A program made the translations under genes and the position numbers. A DNA stretch of 64,000 nt. Origin: an uncultured Verrucomicrobiae bacterium (GTDB lineage Bacteria > Verrucomicrobiota > Verrucomicrobiia > Chthoniobacterales > JAFAMB01). Of this stretch, positions 57,980-64,000 are shown in pieces (the first letter of the stretch is position 1; each line of letters begins with the position of its first letter). Under the pieces are notes generated by a model, which was not told the origin of the DNA, made no database searches, and saw only the letters and a list, made by a program, of their open reading frames with translations. The DNA lies in the NCBI GenBank assembly GCA_963782115.1, contig CAWAIK010000003.1, positions 480,001-544,000 of the forward strand, in the 5' to 3' direction.

Positions 57980-58461
57980 CGGCGTTTTTTTTCCTCCCGC
58001 CACAGATAGGGGCGCAGCCGTCGCAGTATACTGCGCGGATGGGCCTCGATGCCACAGCGCTGCGCCAGAACCGTCGCTAACTCCTCGCTTTTGAGCATCC
58101 GTCCAGCCTCTTCTATAGCCTCGAGCAGGACGGCCATCGCTTCGTCGCTGAGCTTGTGGGGCCGCTTTGGCCCGCGCTTGCGCGGCACCAACCCTGGCAG
58201 GCCTTCGCGCTTGAACAACTCCTGAGTGACATAGAAGACCGGGCGGGACAGGCCAAAGGCTTGGGCCGCCTCCACCACTGGACGGCCCTCCTGCTCGACG
58301 CTGCGCAGCATCTCGTACTTGACCTGCACCAGATCGTTCGGATCGAAGAATGCGCTGTCGCGAAAAAGAGAATCGCTCACAGCCTGGGGGCGCGGGTGGG
58401 TGGCACCCTGTGTGCTCAGGGCCTGCCGACGACGCTCGCGCTGACGTGAATCCGCTGTCAT
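57976..58461 (-). CDS. HTH protein of the LSR element
   Basis: FFDPNDLVQVKYEMLR..AAQAFGLSRPVFY..GLPGLVPRKRGP. Confidence 0.82.
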   Translation of the reverse strand: MTADSRQRERRRQALSTQGATHPRPQAVSDSLFRDSAFFDPNDLVQVKYEMLRSVEQEGRPVVEAAQAFGLSRPVFYVTQELFKREGLPGLVPRKRGPKRPHKLSDEAMAVLLEAIEEAGRMLKSEELATVLAQRCGIEAHPRSILRRLRPYLWREEKKRR

Positions 58462-58632
58462 CTATGTATTTACAATTATGTGCTACTACATTGGAGAACG
58501 CAACCATAAAACGGTACTCATGAGCGCTAATCATCATTTTAACTGAGTATACGTGTCGCGGCCATCGCACTCGTCCACGGCGTAGCAATAATATACGCAC
58601 ATATTTACAAAGACATAGTGCATATAATTTGC

Positions 58633-58950
58633 TTAACATCGCGCCGCCTCCTTTCGGGCCATTTGTTCATCGACCAGCGTGCGCAGCTGGAGCAGCAGAT
58701 CGGCACGAAAGAAGGCTCGGTCAGCGCCGATCGTCACCACCAGATCGGGCTCGTGGACATCTGTCCACTCGAGCGGCAGCGTACGCAGACGTCCGTCGGT
58801 ACCCAGATACGAAACGCGATCTCCACCCCAGTTGTTGCGAACAGCAAGGAGTTCGAAGCTCTTGCCCTTCAGAGGATGGAAAGGGTGTGTGACAGTGAAA
58901 ACTCTTGCGCGGAGACTTCCACGATCTGCAATGCTCAGTTTTCGCCAAAG
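58633..58950 (-). CDS. DUF5372-like (THPFHP) protein lacking a canonical start in the integrated state
   Basis: Open frame LWRKLSIADRGSLRARVFTVTHPFHPLKGK...LPLEWTD...EAARC*; absent from ORF track; family name from recollection and needs an HMM check. Confidence 0.75.
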   Translation of the reverse strand, partial: LWRKLSIADRGSLRARVFTVTHPFHPLKGKSFELLAVRNNWGGDRVSYLGTDGRLRTLPLEWTDVHEPDLVVTIGADRAFFRADLLLQLRTLVDEQMARKEAARC

Positions 58951-59750
58951 GGCGCGTCGAGAACTCGATCGCTTACATCCAAAAGAACTTCCTCAATGGT
59001 CTGCAGATCAGCTGCCTGGAAGCACTCAATGCCCAGGCGCGCCGCTGGATGGAGCAGGTTGCTAATGTCCGAGTCCATCGCGAGACGGGCAAACGACCAT
59101 GCGACGCGTTCGAGCAGGAAAAACCAACTCTTCAACCCTTGCCCTTAGCCGGCTACGATATTAGCTCCAGCCGCCGTGTGCGTGCCACTAACCGTTGCCG
59201 GGTCCTGTTCGAATCCAACCATTACACCGTACCCTTTGAACACGCCGGAGCCTTGTTGGAACTGCGCGCCACGCCCACTACGATCGCCATTTACCGAGGC
59301 GAAAAGCTTCTCGCGCAGCACCCACGCAACTACGGACATAACCAGGACATCGAAAATCCCGATCACGTCAGCCGTCTCTTAGAGGAGCGCAAACGAGGCG
59401 AGGACGCCGCTTTACTGGCCCGCTTTCTGGCCTTGAGCCCCAAAGCCGAAGCCTACTACGGCGCTCTGCGTCAGCGGGAACTTCACGCCTTAGGGCACGT
59501 CCGCCGGATCGACATGTTGATTGGTATCCACGGACGGGACGCTGTCGCTCAAGCTCTCGAGGAAGCCGTTGAGCTGTGCGCCTACGGCTCCGATTACCTC
59601 AATAATATCCTCGCTCACCGTCGTACTCTAGGCCCACTGATCGGCCAACTTCATCTGACTCGAGGAGCTGAACTGCTCCAACTCGAAGTCCAGCAACCTG
59701 ACTGCTCATGCTACCAGACTAACGAACAGCAAGATAAACAGACCACATAG
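58951..59750 (+). pseudogene. istA: IstA transposase, 3' half
   Basis: GRVENSIAYI, NVRVHRETG and FESNHYTVP. Confidence 0.9.
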
Positions 59751-59832
59751 ATACTAACGTTGTTAATCGGACTCACTCTTAGTCCATAGATACTAACAAT
59801 CTATGGACTAAGAGAGCACTTGTCTATTGATC

Positions 59833-60645
59833 ATGAAAACTAATCTATCCCAATTAGAAAAAACGTCTTCTAACGCCGCGGCCGCTACGCCAAACTCCAC
59901 TCTCCAGGACAACCTCCGCAGCCTGCGTCTGACTTACGTACTCGAAAATGCCGTTCAAGCCGCCGAACAAGCCGCTGGCAACGGCAGCGGTCACCTCCAG
60001 TACCTTCAGGAACTCATCGCCGGGGAAGTCGCCCTGCGCCATGACCGCAGCGTCCAGCGCCGCATCCATGACGCCCGCTTCCCGGTCACTAAAACCATGG
60101 CCGGATGGGATTGGAACTGGCCCACCAAGATCAACCGCATGCAAGTCGAACACCTCCTGCAGTTGGACTTCATCGACACCTGCACCAACGTTATCTTTGC
60201 TGGCCCGACAGGAACCGGAAAAAGCCACCTGGCCATCGCGTTAGGCTATGCAGCCTGCCTGCGCGGCCATAGCGTTCTCTTTGCCGCCGCCATTGACGTG
60301 GTCAACCGGCTTAGCGCCGCAGAATCCAGTCGCCAACTCGCCCGAGAGCTCAAGCATTACCAGAGCCCAAGGCTTTTGCTGATCGACGAATTAGGGTATT
60401 TGCCCTTGGACAAGCGAGGCGCCGAGCTCCTCTTTCAGGTCATCACCAAACGCTACGAGCGCGGCTCGATCATCATCACGACCAACATCGCTTTCAAGGA
60501 CTGGCCCCGAATCTTCGCCGGGGACGCCACCATGACTTCCGCTCTGCTGGATCGCCTCCTGCACCACGCGCAATCAGTCCTCATCGAAGGCGACAGTTAC
60601 CGTAGCGCCAAACGTAAAACTGTCTCCTCTCACTCAGAGCGCTAA
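59833..60645 (+). CDS. istB: IstB helper ATPase
   Basis: GPTGTGKSH, LLIDELGY, TTN and LDRLLHH..GDSYR. Confidence 0.95.
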   Translation: MKTNLSQLEKTSSNAAAATPNSTLQDNLRSLRLTYVLENAVQAAEQAAGNGSGHLQYLQELIAGEVALRHDRSVQRRIHDARFPVTKTMAGWDWNWPTKINRMQVEHLLQLDFIDTCTNVIFAGPTGTGKSHLAIALGYAACLRGHSVLFAAAIDVVNRLSAAESSRQLARELKHYQSPRLLLIDELGYLPLDKRGAELLFQVITKRYERGSIIITTNIAFKDWPRIFAGDATMTSALLDRLLHHAQSVLIEGDSYRSAKRKTVSSHSER

Positions 60646-60709
60646 AGCCACCAAATGCAGGTCACTTTAAAATCGGTAGAATCAGTCCTTTTCCGCGCCG
60701 GTGCTCGCA

Positions 60710-61760
60710 CCAGAGCGACATCGTCACCTTTGGCTACAATCGGGATGGTAAGCGGGGTCACGAACAGATGGTGATCGCTTTGCTCTGCAGCGCGGAGGGT
60801 TGTCCGGTCGGAGTCGAGGTGTTTGACGGTAAAACTCAGGACGCCTCCACGGTCCCTGAGAAGATCGCGCAATTGCAGCGTCTCTACGGCTTGAAAGAAA
60901 TTATCTTTGTCGGCGACCGTGGGATGATTACCAAAACGGTGGCCGAAAAGATCAAGGGGATCGAGGGCCTGCACACCATCTCGGCATTGACCCATCGCCA
61001 GATTGTCCAGCTGCTGGAACGCAAGGTTATCACGGCGGAGCTTTTTGATGAAGGACAGATCGTGGAGGTCTTTGATCCCGAAGAGCCCAAGCGGCGCTAC
61101 TGCCTGTGTCGCAACCCGCAGACCGCTGGGCGCGAAGGCAGGACGCGTGCCCGGCTTCTGGAGCGCACACGCGCAGAGCTTGATAAAATCGCCGGCTCAA
61201 GACGCCGGGCTAGCGCAAAGACACTGGGAGCACGCGTCGGCCGGGTGTTGGAGCGTACCAAGATGGGCAAATTCGTACGCTGGGATGTGATCGATGGCCG
61301 GCTCTCATGGAGCTTTGACCAGGACAAGATCGCTGCCGAAGAACTCTTCGACGGCTGTTACATTGTTAGTGGTCAGGTGCCCAAAGAGAAGATGGCTGCC
61401 ACAGAAGTCGTTGCCTCCTATAAAAAGCTGGGCTTGGTCGAGGAGGCGTTCCGCAATCTCAAGACGGTGCAACTCGAAGTACGGCCCGTCTACCACAAGA
61501 CCGATGATCGAATCAAATGCCACGTGTTTCTGTGCACGCTGGCCTATTACCTGCAGTGGCACTTCAAACAGCGTCTTGAACCTTTATTTGCCGCCGATGG
61601 CACTCACAAAGATCGACAGTGGACACTGCGCAACGTGATCGAGCGCCTGGCGGCGATCCGTCGCGACAAGGTCGCGATGGGTGCCGTGGAGTTCGAGAAA
61701 GTCACTACCCCCGAACCCGACCAGCAAACGATCCTCCACTATCTCAAAGTGCGTTTGTAG
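60710..61760 (+). mobile_element. IS1634-family transposase, 5'-truncated at the IS21 end
   Basis: FGYNRDGKRG, VGDRGM, VEEAFRNLK and IKCHVFLC. Confidence 0.85.
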
Positions 61761-62063
61761 CCATATTCCCGAAAGCTGAAATCTGTTTAAACCCCTCTTA
61801 AACAGTTAGTTGCATGGCAATCAAAAAAGAAAATGCGTTTAGCCGGGTAACAGGGGCGGTTTACCTACCTTGGCTCGCGTAAGTGATTCTGAAATCATCC
61901 GAGGAATTTGAGCCAATCGTGAATGCTCGGCCGGGTTCCCTTGGTGGTGTCCTGCGCCCTTTGCCGACTCCTCTGACAACCAGCAACTGACTACTCTACC
62001 CCCCACCCCTTCGCCTTCTTTAATTTGGATTTTTTGCAGGGCGCAATCATAAGGGTCCTCACA

Positions 62064-62402
62064 ATGAATACCCCAAATGGCCATCTGATTCGTAAGGCTT
62101 TCCTGACTAAGTACGGGTATTCACCGGATCTCACCTATGAGGCGATCCTCCGCGAATTTCAACAGCGTTACGACCAGGCCCAGGTGCTGCGCCAGGAAAA
62201 CGCTGACTCGCATCGGATCATGCTCATTATCGAAGGGATGTCTCAAGACTCGGCTCAAGAAGAAGCTGCGCGAGAACGCCACGCTCGCAAACTCAAAATC
62301 GAGCGCCTCACCCAGGAAAGCGGTCTCGGAATACTAGAGCTGGACCAACTGGTCGAAGGATTTGCCGAACGTCTGGAAGCTAATTGGATACAGCAAACAT
62401 GA
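62064..62402 (+). CDS. Hypothetical protein
   Basis: Helical, charged ORF upstream of the PilT-like gene. Confidence 0.5.
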   Translation: MNTPNGHLIRKAFLTKYGYSPDLTYEAILREFQQRYDQAQVLRQENADSHRIMLIIEGMSQDSAQEEAARERHARKLKIERLTQESGLGILELDQLVEGFAERLEANWIQQT

Positions 62403-62485
62403 TAAATACAAAAAACATAGCATTTATTGAATCCCATGCCATATTAGGTCGATCATCAGTCATCTCAAAGCCATTCTAGCCTCCT

Positions 62486-63820
62486 ATGCCCGGCATTTCT
62501 AAGCCCCAGTCCTTGAAATCTGTTTCCCTAAAATTTGGTCAAGAAAACTTCGCTCTGGGAGAGATTGCGCCGGTTAAGTCCACTGAAGGAGAATTTGTCC
62601 TGCCTCCAGTGGTTCACACGCAGAACAAGCCCCGTCTCGAAAATGGTGAGCCTGCAGCAAAGACAACTCCTCAATTGCTAGCCGAGGTTTTAGCATTTGC
62701 CAAGGGGGAAGGCATTTCTGACCTCCAGTTCCAATCTGGAAGGCCCGTCTACGCCAATGGCGGCGGTTCGACTTACCCGTGTAAGAAGTGGGGAAAACTC
62801 TCTGGAGAAGCTCTCCCGGAAATCCTCGAGCTCTTTTACTCGCACCGTACCTTGGACGGCTCTGAGTCTGCAGATAACCTGGCTGGTGACCTTTGGCAGC
62901 GCTTGATCGCCGAACGAAAGATCGATTTCGCCTCTGAAGGCAAAGAAGCGGATGGCGCTCTGGGCGTTGGACGGTTTCGCGTCCAAGCCCATTTTTCCCA
63001 TCAAGGTGTTGGGATGACGGTCCGGCTGGTCTCGAACGGAATCACTCCCTTCGACAAAATTGGTCTTCCAACCAACGTAATTGAGTCCGTCTGTCAAAAG
63101 GTCACCAAGAAACAAGGGCTTGGTCTGGTGGTCGGTCCGACCGGGTCGGGCAAGACTACCACGCTGGTGGCGCTAATTGATTGGGTCCGTTGCCGCTATC
63201 ACAAGCACATCGTTACCGTCGAGGATCCAATCGAATTTGTTTACGCGGACACCATTGAAGTTTCCGGGCAACTGGAACCCGCGCCGGCACTGGTAACCCA
63301 GCAGGAGGTTGGACATCATGTGCGCAGCTTCGAGCAGGGCCTCAATGACGCGCTCAGGAAGAAACCCGACATCATTCTAGTGGGTGAGATACGCACCGCC
63401 GAAACCTTGCGCATCGCGCTGGAAGCCGTGGAGACGGGCCATTTTATTCTTTCGACCATGCATACACGCGGCGCCGGGAAGACGCTGGGGCGGATGCGGC
63501 AAATGTTCAACCTCGAACAGGCGCGCGGGATTCTTCAACAGTATTCCGACGTTGCCTCCTTCATTTTATCGCAAGGCCTGATGCCGGACGTTACCGGGAA
63601 GTACGTACTTTGCTGTGAATATTTTGCGATTCAGGAAATTGAAGACCGCAACGCGATTCGCAAATACGCCGAGGGCGGATTCCAGGAAGTCGAGGAACGC
63701 CTGAACAAGCCCGGCAACCGCAAATGGAACGTGGAATTGAGAGGATTGCTCAACGCAAAACGAATTACACCGGAAGTCTATGAACAGTTCTACCAAGTCA
63801 CCGGCCTTGAGAACAAATAG
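62486..63820 (+). CDS. PilT/PilU-like type IV pilus ATPase
   Basis: GPTGSGKTTT, TVEDPIE, PDIILVGEIR and TGH..STMH. Confidence 0.88.
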   Translation: MPGISKPQSLKSVSLKFGQENFALGEIAPVKSTEGEFVLPPVVHTQNKPRLENGEPAAKTTPQLLAEVLAFAKGEGISDLQFQSGRPVYANGGGSTYPCKKWGKLSGEALPEILELFYSHRTLDGSESADNLAGDLWQRLIAERKIDFASEGKEADGALGVGRFRVQAHFSHQGVGMTVRLVSNGITPFDKIGLPTNVIESVCQKVTKKQGLGLVVGPTGSGKTTTLVALIDWVRCRYHKHIVTVEDPIEFVYADTIEVSGQLEPAPALVTQQEVGHHVRSFEQGLNDALRKKPDIILVGEIRTAETLRIALEAVETGHFILSTMHTRGAGKTLGRMRQMFNLEQARGILQQYSDVASFILSQGLMPDVTGKYVLCCEYFAIQEIEDRNAIRKYAEGGFQEVEERLNKPGNRKWNVELRGLLNAKRITPEVYEQFYQVTGLENK

Positions 63821-63911
63821 CTCACTTGAACGGCCTATAGGATAAAATAGCCGATTCAATGACAACAACTCACTAACAACCAACAAGACAAACAAAAATA
63901 AAAAAACTAAA

Positions 63912-64000
63912 ATGAGCGATCTCAAAACTAATAATAAGCAGGCCCGCCAACGCGGCACCACGCTTATCGAGCTATCAGTCGTTATTGCAGTTCTCCTGCT
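63912..64000 (+). CDS. Prepilin-type protein, N-terminus (runs off the window)
   Basis: RQRG|TTLIELSVVIAVLL N-methylation motif. Confidence 0.75.
   Translation, partial: MSDLKTNNKQARQRGTTLIELSVVIAVLL

Larger units (their letters stand above)
55497..58950 (-). mobile_element. Large serine recombinase element inserted in istA
   Basis: AAAG core at 55497-55500 and 58947-58950; removal restores istA in frame. Confidence 0.9.
53599..60709 (+). mobile_element. IS21-family element with two accessory genes, interrupted by an LSR element
   Basis: TG...CA ends; IRL TGCGGGGACCG..GGTCTGATTCTAC matches IRR(rc) TGCGAGCACCG..GGACTGATTCTAC. Confidence 0.85.

Noticed and set aside
57590..58639. 349-aa ORF in the LSR element
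   Set aside because: Its 5' part is an alternative frame over the HTH gene and the intergenic gap. The real gene probably starts at 57979.

Overview
This window is a heavily decayed, mobile-element-rich accessory region. The gene content suggests a soil Verrucomicrobia/Chthoniobacterales-like host, which is an inference. It opens with an RND permease end and a Ca2+/H+ antiporter. Two back-to-back integrative/mobilizable-element remnants follow (2.2-14.1 kb). They carry a tyrosine integrase beside a tRNA-Gly 3' att fragment, RelE and DUF433/PIN TA pairs, excisionase-like genes and two pseudogenized MobF relaxases, each preceded by a conserved 10-bp-phased TTCAAC array. The middle (14-53 kb) is a mosaic of intact oxidoreductase, LysR and MFS genes, many short gene shards, two tRNA-Leu-like att remnants, REP-like hairpins, and ISL3, IS5, IS4, IS701, IS630 and Tn3 pieces. 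At 53.6-61.8 kb is a nested structure. An IS1634 remnant abuts an IS21 element with two extra genes inside its IRs, and its istA is interrupted at the N-E-K|G-R-V-E motif by a 3.45-kb large serine recombinase (LSR) element. The top finding is that this element's THPFHP (DUF5372-like) gene has no ATG/GTG/TTG start in the integrated state. In-silico circularisation supplies an RBS and an ATG overlapping the recombinase stop, in frame across attP, so the gene appears complete only on the excised circle. The window ends with a PilT-like ATPase and the start of a prepilin.
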